From: an uncultured bacterium
GTDB taxonomy: Bacteria > Oederibacteriota > PGYV01 > CAWJRG01
Assembly: GCA_963845185.1 (NCBI GenBank)
Contig: CAWJRG010000010.1
Span: 832,001-896,000 of the forward strand
DNA: 64,000 bases
Direction: 5' to 3'
Both the position numbers and the translations under genes were made by a program. Shown here in pieces: positions 39,980 through 49,655 of the stretch (positions are counted from its first letter, which is position 1; every line of letters starts with the position of its first letter). The notes below the pieces were generated by a model that had not been told where the DNA came from, made no database searches, and saw only the letters and a list, made by a program, of their open reading frames with translations.

Positions 39980-41710
39980 TTAATAAGGGCCGGGCGTAGG
40001 CACGAGAAAAGTCATTTCGCCGAAAGAAACAAGCATTACATTGTTGCCCACGCTTGAAAACATATTCATGTCGCTGTTAAAATACACCCACAGCGCGGGA
40101 GTGTCGAGGGTGGTATCCTCGGTGAGTTCGCCGTATTGGTCAATAAAGATTGTGCCGTATATGCAGATATCCGAAGTTGCAGGAGCCCCATTATTGGCTT
40201 GTATTCTCGGCCCGCCTATTCTCAGCTCGCCGTTTACATACAAGAAGCCTTCGTGTTTTAGATTGCAAATCGTATAGTATGTGCGGCTGTTCTGTCCCCA
40301 TCTCCATCCCCATGTATTATTGCAGTTCAAATGCGAGCCGTAATTACCGTTGGTGCAATTCTGCGGGTAGTAATAATTGCTCGGTATTGACACCCTTGTA
40401 CAGGAACTTGGGCAGCCGTTGCAGTTGTTCCACCACCCGTTGCAGTTGCCGCTGCCGTTAAGCCAGTCAGGGTCGTCGCCTATAAAAATAAGAGGGCCCA
40501 TGACAAAAAGTGAGCCTTTTGTGTAATACTGGTTGCCGTCATCGGCATATAAGGATATTGCCTGGGGCGACGCGCAGGGAGTTGCCTGGGTTTTTGGCAC
40601 AACAGTCGTGTAGCAGTATGTATTTGCGCCGTTTGCCATCTCAGGCAGGGCGTCGGTTGTATCTATAAATACAACCGCTTCCGTGTCTGCGCTGGCCATG
40701 GGTGCGACAATCTGGCTGTATACGTTGCTATTGGCCGCATTTTGGGCAGGCGAAAATATCGACAGGTCATTGCCCTGGTTATAGTAAGGATTTGGGGTGC
40801 CTGATACTCCGCCGCCGATGTATTGGGGTCCGAAATAATTATTCTGCTTGCTTGCCAGGGACTTATAATAATCAAGGTCAACCTGGCACTGGCCCGCCTG
40901 GTATGCCACAGGTGAATAGGGATGGCAATGAGCAGTGGGTGTCATGTCGTCAGCCACATAGCCAAAGGTATAGGGACCAGGGCTGGGCTGTTCAGGATTA
41001 AGTGCGGTATATATGTTGCCGGCCGCATACACATGCGGCATCCATGCAGGCGGGTTGTCGGTACCGCGGGCAACCTGTATGAAAGGGATTTTACAAGCGC
41101 CGTCATTGGTATTGGCAGAATAAACATCGCCCCAGTAAAAATCAAGCGAATCGTGTGCAGTGGAGTAATTGCTAATGCAGGGCAGGTTTATCAGGCCCTT
41201 TGATATCAGGGGCCCGCCGAATCCCTGTTTTAACACGGCGTAATACTGGTGCGTGACTCCGGACTGCTTTGATTTTATCTTGATTCCTATTGTCCTGTAA
41301 TTTATCTGGCCCTGCCTCTGGTCGGTTGTGACAGTGGTACGGTGCCATCCCCATCCTGTAGTGACAGTCTGCGAATTGATAAAAAGATTGCCTGCCAGTA
41401 TATTCAGCTTGTATGTGCCTTTGTTGGTGGTATATTCCTGGTCATATTGAAACCCGGTAAGCGGAAGGCTGTTCCAGTTTGTGCCCTGCTGCAGTTCAAC
41501 CATGGCATGCTGCAAAGCTATGTTTGCTATTTCCTGGCGGTCCATGGAGTCCATATATTTCACCTGGAATTTAGCCTGGTTTGAGAAAAGAAAGAGCAGG
41601 GTTACGGCGAATAAAGAAAGAATCGAGCATAAAATAAGGACTACGGGAAGAGTCTGGCCCTTACGGTTTTCCAGGCAGTACCGGCTTTTTATTTTTGTGC
41701 GGGCGGTCAT
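39980..41710 (-). CDS. PilX/GspK-like minor pilin with large Cys-rich domain
   Basis: RKG|QTLPVVLIL (no Glu5) and A..ALQHA motif. Confidence 0.8.
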   Translation of the reverse strand: MTARTKIKSRYCLENRKGQTLPVVLILCSILSLFAVTLLFLFSNQAKFQVKYMDSMDRQEIANIALQHAMVELQQGTNWNSLPLTGFQYDQEYTTNKGTYKLNILAGNLFINSQTVTTGWGWHRTTVTTDQRQGQINYRTIGIKIKSKQSGVTHQYYAVLKQGFGGPLISKGLINLPCISNYSTAHDSLDFYWGDVYSANTNDGACKIPFIQVARGTDNPPAWMPHVYAAGNIYTALNPEQPSPGPYTFGYVADDMTPTAHCHPYSPVAYQAGQCQVDLDYYKSLASKQNNYFGPQYIGGGVSGTPNPYYNQGNDLSIFSPAQNAANSNVYSQIVAPMASADTEAVVFIDTTDALPEMANGANTYCYTTVVPKTQATPCASPQAISLYADDGNQYYTKGSLFVMGPLIFIGDDPDWLNGSGNCNGWWNNCNGCPSSCTRVSIPSNYYYPQNCTNGNYGSHLNCNNTWGWRWGQNSRTYYTICNLKHEGFLYVNGELRIGGPRIQANNGAPATSDICIYGTIFIDQYGELTEDTTLDTPALWVYFNSDMNMFSSVGNNVMLVSFGEMTFLVPTPGPY

Positions 41711-41728
41711 TATAAATCACCTCTTTGG

Positions 41729-42358
41729 TTAATAAATTTTCTGGTAAAAACCAGCGCCGGACATATGCGTAATGACAACGGTTTTTTGCATAAATACCTG
41801 GATCGGCGGCTGGTTGGCAAACGGGGTTTCCGAGAACCTTGAGCCCACTATGACAGTATTTCCAATCTGTGAGTTGTCAAAAGTAAACATTAGGGAATCA
41901 ATGTGAGTGGAAATGGTGATAGTATTCCCGGCGGAATCAATAACAATAAGCTTATTCAACTGCTGGTAAATCTGCATTGGATTGCCTGCAGAACCTGCCA
42001 TTGTATAAGAATTCTGCCGGAATCCGCCGCGGCCGCAGCCGTTGTTTCCGCCGCTGCCTGCCTCTATATATAACGGCTCTGCAAGCGTAGCGGTAATATA
42101 GCTGTTTACAGGCTGGGTATTGTCAAACCTGGAGATTTGTATGGTCGAGCCTTCGCAGCCCTGTATCACCTTTGTCAGGGTACCCATTGTATAATTTGCT
42201 TCTGAGATAAGCGAGAGCTTGGCCAGGCTGTAATTCCATATTTTAATCCCGTTCTGGAACATTTGTAAAATGCCTATTGTGACAATGCCCATTATTGCAA
42301 TTGCCAGCATGGCCTCAATCAAAGTCCAGCCTTTTTTGCTTTTTAGTATTGTTTTCAT
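41729..42358 (-). CDS. PilW/GspJ-like minor pilin
   Basis: KKG|WTLIEAMLAIAIMGIV prepilin motif. Confidence 0.85.
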   Translation of the reverse strand: MKTILKSKKGWTLIEAMLAIAIMGIVTIGILQMFQNGIKIWNYSLAKLSLISEANYTMGTLTKVIQGCEGSTIQISRFDNTQPVNSYITATLAEPLYIEAGSGGNNGCGRGGFRQNSYTMAGSAGNPMQIYQQLNKLIVIDSAGNTITISTHIDSLMFTFDNSQIGNTVIVGSRFSETPFANQPPIQVFMQKTVVITHMSGAGFYQKIY

Positions 42359-42371
42359 AATACCGCCTTTG

Positions 42372-44549
42372 TTAATAAGTCTGCCATGGCCCGGTGAAGT
42401 TCTGGGTAGAGTTGGGCGAGACATTTGAAATTTTCTGGTAGTACCTGTTGACGGCAGGCGTAGGCGCGTTTTTCACCGCAAACAGCGCCGGCGAGGGCGT
42501 CACAAAACTGTAATATGCGTACAAATCATAATTAGTGCCGGCAGGTACATTAAAATAATAATAACTGTTGCTCTGTAAAACCGTGCCGTAACTCTTGTAT
42601 TGCAGCCTTACCATGCTGTCCTGCGACTGAAGCCAGGAAGCTGAACCCATGGACCAATAAAACTGGTCGGGTGTAACGGTCATGCCGGTAGGGACGGCCA
42701 GAAGCATTACGCCGCCTGCTACAGGCGTGCTGTTGAAAGTTACTTTGCCCTGTATGGGCTGGCTTGTAATCTTGAGAGTGAAACCTATATTTGAGGTTAT
42801 AACGCCCTGCTGTACCATGACAGCACCATAATAACCAACAGCAGGGTTGATACAGCTATAATTCGTGCTTGCAAGCACCGGCGCTACCTTGTATCCGGTA
42901 CTGACGGCCGGGATGCTGACAGCAATATAAGTGCCCGTAGAATCGGTTTGCGTTGTAGCAACTACGCTGCCTGAACCGCCGTTTGATGTAACCTGCACGT
43001 TTATATTTGGTATGGGCTGGCCCGTATTGTAGTCAAGAATTATGCCGCTTATTTTACCCACGGGCATTAAATAAATGGGGTTGGGGTCATTATATATAAA
43101 CGAGCCAAGGGTAAACGCCGGCGGCAACGGCGAATATAAAATGTAATTAGGCGCGCCGCCGGTTACATTATAAGTGCCGACCGGCATAAAAGCGGAACAT
43201 AAGCCGGAGTTTGCCGTGGAAGTGACATTCGAGCCCCCATTAGTAGCTGAATTCGACGGCGTAAAATAAACAAGCACAGGGTCTGTTATTAGCGTGGTAT
43301 CGTCCACTGCGCTCTTGACATAAATATTTACCGTACCTGAAGTACCGGCAGGAACATAGGTCAGAACAGGGTTCCACGTTAGCTGCTGATTTGGGAGTAT
43401 AGACATGATTGTCTGCGCGTAATAATTGTAACTGGCGCTGCTGTATATGGCAGTTATTGTTATATATTTTCCAGTCGCGGGCGGATTAATATCGGCTAAA
43501 GCATAAAAACCGTTTGTCGTTACAGGGGTAAGCATGCAGTTGACCGCGTTTCCTGAAATGGACGGGTCTGATAATCCGTCGTTTGCCGTTACGGACACGC
43601 CGTTGTAATTTGGTATTGGTGTGGGAGTTTTGCCGGAAACCGGGGTTTTTTGAACATTGGGCGTCAGGTAAATAGACACAGAGCCGCTTAGGCATGTGGT
43701 GTTTGCGCTGACCGACATATTTACTCCCGTATAATCCTGGCATACGACATCTACGTCAAAAGGGTTGCCGGGAAACGTGGTGGTGTACAGGCCGGGGCCG
43801 CCCACAAATAAATAGTACGAATTGCCCGGAGGGATATTCCAGATTTTATAGTTGCCGTTAGCGTCCGTATTGGCCTGCAGTCCGGAATATCCCTGAAGAT
43901 ACACTGTGGCATAGCGGGTGCCGCGCCAACCCCACCAGTTTCCTATGGCCCTGCACCAGCTGCCCCACCAGTTTGTTCTGTAAAGGCATACCTGTCCCGA
44001 TATTGTCGAGGTGCAGGAACCCAACACTGACTGGTTGGCAATATATGTTGTTACCTGGCTGTTTTTTGTCATGTTGCCGTTTCGATAGGTTACTATTACA
44101 GAAGCCATTTTTATGGTAGGTGTATAAGTCAGCCCGTTTGAATACATAGGGCTTAAATTGCCGTTTGTGTCCATCTGCGCGTAAGTTACGAACTGATAAA
44201 CATAAAAAGGAACGCCGCTTGTAGCGATGATAGTGACAGGATACGGGTTGGTAGGGGTCGGGTAAGAGGCAAGAGTCGTTAAATTAGGGTTGGTCAGGTT
44301 CGTCAGGCATGAATCATCGGTAACATTTAAAGAACTAAAACCATCCTTTTTTAAATTTTCAAGATAACCTGCTGCCATATTATATGAATTTGATTTTAAA
44401 TTGGAAGCTAAAATTCCGGAGTATACATTGCTAAGAAGCTTTACAAGGCTTACCATTGTAACAGCCACAATAACTGCGGTAAATGCCACCTCGATAAAGG
44501 TAAGGCCTGTTTTTCTTTCTAAAATACCATTAATTTTCATAATTTTCAC
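42372..44549 (-). CDS. Large PilV-like minor pilin with tandem beta-sandwich (carboxypeptidase-regulatory-like) domains
   Basis: KTG|LTFIEVAFTAVIV; ISG...TDANGNY and ISG...TDSTGTY repeats. Confidence 0.82.
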   Translation of the reverse strand: MKIMKINGILERKTGLTFIEVAFTAVIVAVTMVSLVKLLSNVYSGILASNLKSNSYNMAAGYLENLKKDGFSSLNVTDDSCLTNLTNPNLTTLASYPTPTNPYPVTIIATSGVPFYVYQFVTYAQMDTNGNLSPMYSNGLTYTPTIKMASVIVTYRNGNMTKNSQVTTYIANQSVLGSCTSTISGQVCLYRTNWWGSWCRAIGNWWGWRGTRYATVYLQGYSGLQANTDANGNYKIWNIPPGNSYYLFVGGPGLYTTTFPGNPFDVDVVCQDYTGVNMSVSANTTCLSGSVSIYLTPNVQKTPVSGKTPTPIPNYNGVSVTANDGLSDPSISGNAVNCMLTPVTTNGFYALADINPPATGKYITITAIYSSASYNYYAQTIMSILPNQQLTWNPVLTYVPAGTSGTVNIYVKSAVDDTTLITDPVLVYFTPSNSATNGGSNVTSTANSGLCSAFMPVGTYNVTGGAPNYILYSPLPPAFTLGSFIYNDPNPIYLMPVGKISGIILDYNTGQPIPNINVQVTSNGGSGSVVATTQTDSTGTYIAVSIPAVSTGYKVAPVLASTNYSCINPAVGYYGAVMVQQGVITSNIGFTLKITSQPIQGKVTFNSTPVAGGVMLLAVPTGMTVTPDQFYWSMGSASWLQSQDSMVRLQYKSYGTVLQSNSYYYFNVPAGTNYDLYAYYSFVTPSPALFAVKNAPTPAVNRYYQKISNVSPNSTQNFTGPWQTY

Positions 44550-44604
44550 CTTTCCTTTAATCTGCTTTCTATATGCGCATTACAGAGCGTCATTTTCCAT
44601 ATTA

Positions 44605-44633
44605 ATTATATATGTTATTTTAGGTTTTGTCAA
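44605..44633 (-). promoter_or_regulatory. Consensus sigma70 promoter for the pilin cluster
   Basis: TTGACA-17-TATAAT on the minus strand. Confidence 0.72.
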
Positions 44634-44686
44634 GTATTTTGTAGGATTTTAGGGTTATTTGTTACCCATAACAGAATAAGGACTTT

Positions 44687-45469
44687 TTACTTTATGCGCA
44701 TCTGGCCAGGCTTGTGTGTTTCCTTGATAAAACGAAAGAAAAAAAAGACGCTTGCTGCGAAACATATTATACACCATACCTGAGCATTTGAAAGAACGGA
44801 AACTGTTTCATGATACCTGAAAAGCTCGATAAAGAACCTGGCCGCCGAATATATAATCAGCATGATTAATATCAATTCCCCGTGAAAAAGTTTTTTGTTT
44901 TTCAGGAAATTTAAGGTTAAGAAAATCCCAAGCCACGCTGCTGCTTCATATAACTGCACAGGGTATAGGGCCTTTCCCGGGAAGACACTGCCTGCAGGCG
45001 AATTATCCGCGAAAAAAGCAGCGGGAATATCAGCAGGGCACGGCCTGCCGAAGCAACAGCCGTTTAAAAGGCATGCCAGCCTGACAAATACCGCGCCTAT
45101 TGATATTGGCAGAGCAAGGAGGTCGGCGGATTCCCATATGTCAAGTTTTAGCATTTTAACCGCTGGAAGTGAAGCGGCTATTGAGAAGGCCATGCCCCAC
45201 CATAAAGAAAATCCACTGTTAAGGTAAAAATCAGAAACGTGGACAGGCAAGCGCATTATTATGGAATCAAGTACAAAACCTATTTTTGACCCGAGTATAA
45301 AAGGGATGAAAATAAATGCCGCAAGTGTTATGGTGTTACGGCGCTTCACAGCGCTAGAATGTTTCAGATTCAGGAAAAGCGTCAGAAAACCGGCTATAAT
45401 GCCCAAAGCGTTGAAAACATAATAGCTCTTTATTTCGAACCCGCCTATGTAAGCAAGAACAGGGTACAT
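44687..45469 (-). CDS. lgt: Prolipoprotein diacylglyceryl transferase family protein
   Basis: MYPVL, RLAC.LNGCCFG, YPVQLYE and RFFIELFR motifs. Confidence 0.85.
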   Translation of the reverse strand: MYPVLAYIGGFEIKSYYVFNALGIIAGFLTLFLNLKHSSAVKRRNTITLAAFIFIPFILGSKIGFVLDSIIMRLPVHVSDFYLNSGFSLWWGMAFSIAASLPAVKMLKLDIWESADLLALPISIGAVFVRLACLLNGCCFGRPCPADIPAAFFADNSPAGSVFPGKALYPVQLYEAAAWLGIFLTLNFLKNKKLFHGELILIMLIIYSAARFFIELFRYHETVSVLSNAQVWCIICFAASVFFFFRFIKETHKPGQMRIK

Positions 45470-45601
45470 GACGCCTCCGGGAAAAATTTATTCAGCAACA
45501 AAAGCAGCAACATTATACACAATAATTTTTTAAAAAACAGTAATAATTATTTACGCAAAAAAATGGTATAATATATAACAGCAAACATTGAGCAAGAAAA
45601 A

Positions 45602-45771
45602 TTTTAATCCCACTCCGCGAAAATCCCCGCCGGTAGAGGCGGGGATGGATAGCGCTCCGGGGAGGGAGCATATTATAGATGGCAATTCGAATGAAAGCAA
45701 ACTCGGCGAGGTAAAACCGAGCCGAGATTTTTTTAAAGGTGCCACGCCTGTGAAGGCGGGGACTCCACAAA
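45602..45771. repeat. Palindromic repeat family B, copy 3 (longest, intergenic)
   Basis: Hairpins ATCCCCGCC/GGCGGGGAT, CTCGG/CCGAG and CGCCT/AGGCG. Confidence 0.85.
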
Positions 45772-45786
45772 GGGGAAGCCCAAAAC

Positions 45787-47376
45787 ATGCACAACAAAGG
45801 GTTTATTATCCTGCAAATAGACGGCCTGTCTTTTATTGACCTGCAAAAAGCTTTTAAATACCGCTACATGCCTTTTTTAAGCCGCATTTACAGGAATAAA
45901 AAAATTGCCATAAAAGAAATGAAAACCGGGCTGCCAAGCAACACGCCTTATACGCAGGCAAACATGTTTTACGATAAGCCGGAAAGTATACCGGGCTTCA
46001 GGTGGTTTATCAAAAGCCAGAAAAAAAACATGACCTTTAAATTGCCTGATACCGCAGTATATGTCGACAAGCAGTACGATTTTTCAAAAGCAATATTAAA
46101 AGGCGGGACATGCTATGTGTCTTTATTGTCAGGCGGGGCAGACGAGGGCTTATTTACTCTGTCAAGGGCGTTTGAAAAGGAGAGGGGCGACAGGCTTTTC
46201 GGGCTGAGAGTCCTGGGCCTTACTCTTATTAACATCGTGACAATACTGAATATGCTGTGGCTTTCATTGAAAGAATTTTACAGGGAAATCAGGGATTTTT
46301 TACTTTATACTTTCAAAAAACAGATCCAAAGGGGCGAGGGGTTTTTTCCGCTCGTCAGGATAGTCAACAACGTCATATTCAGGGAAATATCCGTTTGGGC
46401 AATAATAAGGGATATAAAAAGGAGCATGCCATATATTTACATGGATTTTACAATTTATGATGAAAACGCACACCAGCGCGGGCCTGACAGGAAAAACGTG
46501 CTTCATGTCCTGCGCGATATAGACACGAATATCAGGCAAATATACAGGGCAGCTCGCAGGAACAGGGAGATAAAATACGATATTTTTGTCTTGTCAGACC
46601 ACGGCCAGACATTTTCAATACCGTATTCATATGTAAACGACGGCACTTTCGAGGATTTTGTGAAGAATACAATCAAGGAGCAGGCAGTGGCAGGCGACAA
46701 ATACGCGGAAGACTGGAACAGCAATGTGCTTAAATTTGCGCGTGATATACAGCAGAAAATATTCCCCACAAAGACAGTGAACTACATGGCGGGCAAGCTG
46801 GGCTCGAGCATAGAAAAATCCGCTACAAAACGTATCAGGGCCGAAAGCCAGGCAATGCCTGAAAAAAAGCAGGAAGTTATTGTGAAATATTCCGGGCCAA
46901 TGGCGCATATATATTTTCCTGAGCTTTTGGGCAAAGCAGATACTGAACACATAGAAATAGACCAACCCGGCCTGATACAGGCGATAATGCGGCACAAGGA
47001 TATTGAAATAATTGCATGCAGAAATAAAAATGAAAAGATTATACTGGGCAAAAACGGCATCCTGGTAAAGGAAAGCGAAAAAGACTTGTATACGGTAAAA
47101 GGCACAAACCCGCTTAACTGCTACGAAGACACCCATTTCGCGTATGAAGAAATAATGTCCCTGCTTGACCGGCAGGACAGCGGCGATTTGATCGTGTTTT
47201 CAAGGTACAGCAATAATTTCACGATCAATTTTGAGGAACAGCTATCGGCGCACGGAGGTATGGGCGGAAACCAGAACAACGCGTTTTTTGCATGCCCTGC
47301 CGACAGGGCAGGAGATATTAAAATAGAAACAATAAGGGATTTATACGGCATATTTATCAAATACCATGAAAAGTAA
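45787..47376 (+). CDS. Alkaline phosphatase superfamily (nucleotide pyrophosphatase/phosphodiesterase-like) protein
   Basis: QIDGLS, PSNT, YDE.AH.RGP, LSDHGQ and HGGMGG motifs. Confidence 0.85.
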   Translation: MHNKGFIILQIDGLSFIDLQKAFKYRYMPFLSRIYRNKKIAIKEMKTGLPSNTPYTQANMFYDKPESIPGFRWFIKSQKKNMTFKLPDTAVYVDKQYDFSKAILKGGTCYVSLLSGGADEGLFTLSRAFEKERGDRLFGLRVLGLTLINIVTILNMLWLSLKEFYREIRDFLLYTFKKQIQRGEGFFPLVRIVNNVIFREISVWAIIRDIKRSMPYIYMDFTIYDENAHQRGPDRKNVLHVLRDIDTNIRQIYRAARRNREIKYDIFVLSDHGQTFSIPYSYVNDGTFEDFVKNTIKEQAVAGDKYAEDWNSNVLKFARDIQQKIFPTKTVNYMAGKLGSSIEKSATKRIRAESQAMPEKKQEVIVKYSGPMAHIYFPELLGKADTEHIEIDQPGLIQAIMRHKDIEIIACRNKNEKIILGKNGILVKESEKDLYTVKGTNPLNCYEDTHFAYEEIMSLLDRQDSGDLIVFSRYSNNFTINFEEQLSAHGGMGGNQNNAFFACPADRAGDIKIETIRDLYGIFIKYHEK

Positions 47377-47382
47377 TAAAAA

Positions 47383-48399
47383 ATGAAAGAAAAAACATGC
47401 CTTGCGCTTTATTCAGGAGGATTGGACAGCATGCTGTCTGTCAAAGCTATGCAGGAACAGGAAATAAAAACAATCCCCTTAAACTTTAATACCGGATTTT
47501 TTTTCCGTGCTTATACAAAAGAAGGCGGCAAATTAAAATACAAACAAAGGACGCCGCCGGGCATTGACGTGGAGGTTGTGGATATATCAAAAGAATTTTA
47601 TGAGATGATAAGAAAACCTTCCTACGGGTTCGGCAGGAACATGAACCCGTGCATTGACTGCAAGATACTGATGCTTCAAAAGGCAAAGGAACTCATGCCT
47701 TTTTATGACGCAGGTTTTGTAATAACAGGCGAGGTTCTAGGCCAGAGGCCCATGACGCAAAACAAAAATTCAATGAAAATAATAGAAAAGAAAAGCGGCC
47801 TGGAGGGTTTTCTTTTAAGGCCGCTTTGCGCGAAGAATATGGAGGAGACAGAGCCTGAAAAGCTCGGCTGGGTGGACAGGAGCAAACTGCTTGACATAAG
47901 GGGCCGTTCGAGAAAGATGCAAATGCAGCTGGCTTCTTTATATTATATAGAGGAATACGCGCAGCAGCCTGCAGGGGGCTGCATATTGACGGAAAAGAGC
48001 TATTCAAGGCGCCTGGCTGATTTTATCAGCCATAATGCGGCAGGGGAGTTCACGCAGGAGGATATGCTTTTACTTGCCACTGGCAGGCATTTCAGGAAAG
48101 GCAATGTAAAATTTATTATAGGCAGGAACAGGCAGGATAACGAAATACTTCTTTCCTATGCAAAGCAGCTAGACGCGAAAATTTTTGACTGCGCGGGAGC
48201 GCCTGGGCCAATAGGGATAACTTTTGACGGAATAGATGATGAGATAAAAAAATTTATTGCTGCGGCAGTGGCGGCATATTCAGATACTGACAAGACAAGG
48301 GAAGTACAAGTGGACATAATTGCCAAAGACAATAAAGAAACAATAAAAATCATGCCGATTGACAGGAATATTTTAACAGACTTGCGCATTGACAAATAA
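47383..48399 (+). CDS. ThiI/MnmA-like PP-loop tRNA thiolation family protein
   Basis: SGGLDS, NPCIDC, TGEVLGQRPM.Q, PAGGC.LT and GRHFR motifs. Confidence 0.85.
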   Translation: MKEKTCLALYSGGLDSMLSVKAMQEQEIKTIPLNFNTGFFFRAYTKEGGKLKYKQRTPPGIDVEVVDISKEFYEMIRKPSYGFGRNMNPCIDCKILMLQKAKELMPFYDAGFVITGEVLGQRPMTQNKNSMKIIEKKSGLEGFLLRPLCAKNMEETEPEKLGWVDRSKLLDIRGRSRKMQMQLASLYYIEEYAQQPAGGCILTEKSYSRRLADFISHNAAGEFTQEDMLLLATGRHFRKGNVKFIIGRNRQDNEILLSYAKQLDAKIFDCAGAPGPIGITFDGIDDEIKKFIAAAVAAYSDTDKTREVQVDIIAKDNKETIKIMPIDRNILTDLRIDK

Positions 48400-48401
48400 G
48401 A

Positions 48402-48429
48402 GTAGAGACGTTTTGCAAAATGTCTCTAC
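48402..48429. repeat. GTAG-type REP-like palindrome
   Basis: GTAGAGACGTTTTGCAAAATGTCTCTAC. Confidence 0.8.
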
Positions 48430-48449
48430 AATAAATAATAGAGGTAAAA

Positions 48450-48827
48450 ATGAAATTGATAATTGACGGTTATAACCTGATTTACAGGCTGGTATTAAAA
48501 GCAGAAAGCCTTGAAAAAAAGCGCGATAAACTGCTTGAACTGCTGAATGAGTTTCTCGAGATAAATGGCGGGACTATTACCGTAGTATTTGACGCTGGCA
48601 AAAACCCGTCGCAGCACAGGGGCAGGGAAACACGCGGTAAAGTAAAAGTTGTATATTCAGCAAACGACGAAATTGCGGACGACGTAATAATAGAGCTGAT
48701 AAAAGGCAGAAAAGGCAGGGCGCGCGAATACGCAATAGTGTCGTCGGACAACAAGCTGCTTGATTGCGCAAGGGAAAATTTTATGAATGCGATGACAAGC
48801 GACGATTTCGCGGAATATTTAAGTTGA
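48450..48827 (+). CDS. YacP-like NYN domain ribonuclease
   Basis: IIDGYNL, VVFD, ADDVI and VSSD motifs. Confidence 0.9.
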   Translation: MKLIIDGYNLIYRLVLKAESLEKKRDKLLELLNEFLEINGGTITVVFDAGKNPSQHRGRETRGKVKVVYSANDEIADDVIIELIKGRKGRAREYAIVSSDNKLLDCARENFMNAMTSDDFAEYLS

Positions 48828-48875
48828 TCCCACTTGGGGGTAGTTTTTATATTAAATAACTTGTGGTAACAACCC

Positions 48876-48993
48876 GTTAAATAGTCTACCAGACTATTTA
48901 ACCTCTTGGCCGTAGGCCTTAGACTTGAACGGGTACAAGATATTGTAATGTTTTGTCTGCGCCTTCGGCTTGACAAAACAAACGTTATCTTGC
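48876..48993 (+). repeat. Structured element family A, copy 4, with upstream accessory hairpin
   Basis: GTTAAATAGTCT-ACC-AGACTATTTAAC, then ACCTCTTGGCC..AGACTTGAACGGGTAC and the GTAA/AAC hairpin. Confidence 0.85.
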
Positions 48994-49075
48994 AATAAAA
49001 GCCATTCTGGTACGTCTATAATAATGAGATATCCAATAAAGCAGAAAAACATCAAAAAATTAATACAAAATTAAC

Positions 49076-49105
49076 TTGACAAACAACTATCTCATTTGAT
49101 ATACT
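49076..49105 (+). promoter_or_regulatory. Promoter of the marR-efflux operon
   Basis: TTGACA-18-TATACT. Confidence 0.55.
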
Positions 49106-49157
49106 TCGGGAACCTAAATATTAGTTTTATGAAATATTTTTACTACTCAGGAGATTT

Positions 49158-49643
49158 ATGGAAAAAAACGCACAGAAGATATTGAGCTGTATGAACGATA
49201 TGCATAAAGAGATAGGAAAAATAATCAAGACCATAAAGCCCAAAAAATGCATTGATATAGGAATGAAAGACCTTACAATATCACAGCTTGAGACCATGGC
49301 CTACTTATACCAGCATAAAGCAGTAAAAATGAGCGAACTCGCTAACAACGCTGGCGTACAAATGTCAACAATGACAGATATGATAGACAGGCTTCATAAG
49401 ATAGGGCTTGTCGAAAGAAAACACGACGAAAAAGACAGGAGAAGCATTGTAATTTCAATTTCAAAAGACGCTCAAAGCAAGGTATACGGACATATACAAA
49501 GCCGCAACGAGCAACTAAGCAAAATAATGGACTGCCTTACAAAAAAAGAAAAGCAGGTAGTGGTAAAGATACTTACAAAAATGCTGGATTCATTGCATAA
49601 AAAAGCCGCGGGCCCAAATAAAACAGGGCTTCAGCGGGGATAA
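49158..49643 (+). CDS. MarR family regulator
   Basis: LT.SQ, MSELA, IDRL...GLVER and DRR motifs. Confidence 0.93.
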   Translation: MEKNAQKILSCMNDMHKEIGKIIKTIKPKKCIDIGMKDLTISQLETMAYLYQHKAVKMSELANNAGVQMSTMTDMIDRLHKIGLVERKHDEKDRRSIVISISKDAQSKVYGHIQSRNEQLSKIMDCLTKKEKQVVVKILTKMLDSLHKKAAGPNKTGLQRG

Positions 49644-49655
49644 GAGAGGAAGAAA

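Noticed and set aside
45513..45839. Short ORFs over the family B repeat
   Set aside because: They are translations of the palindromic repeat with no independent coding signal.
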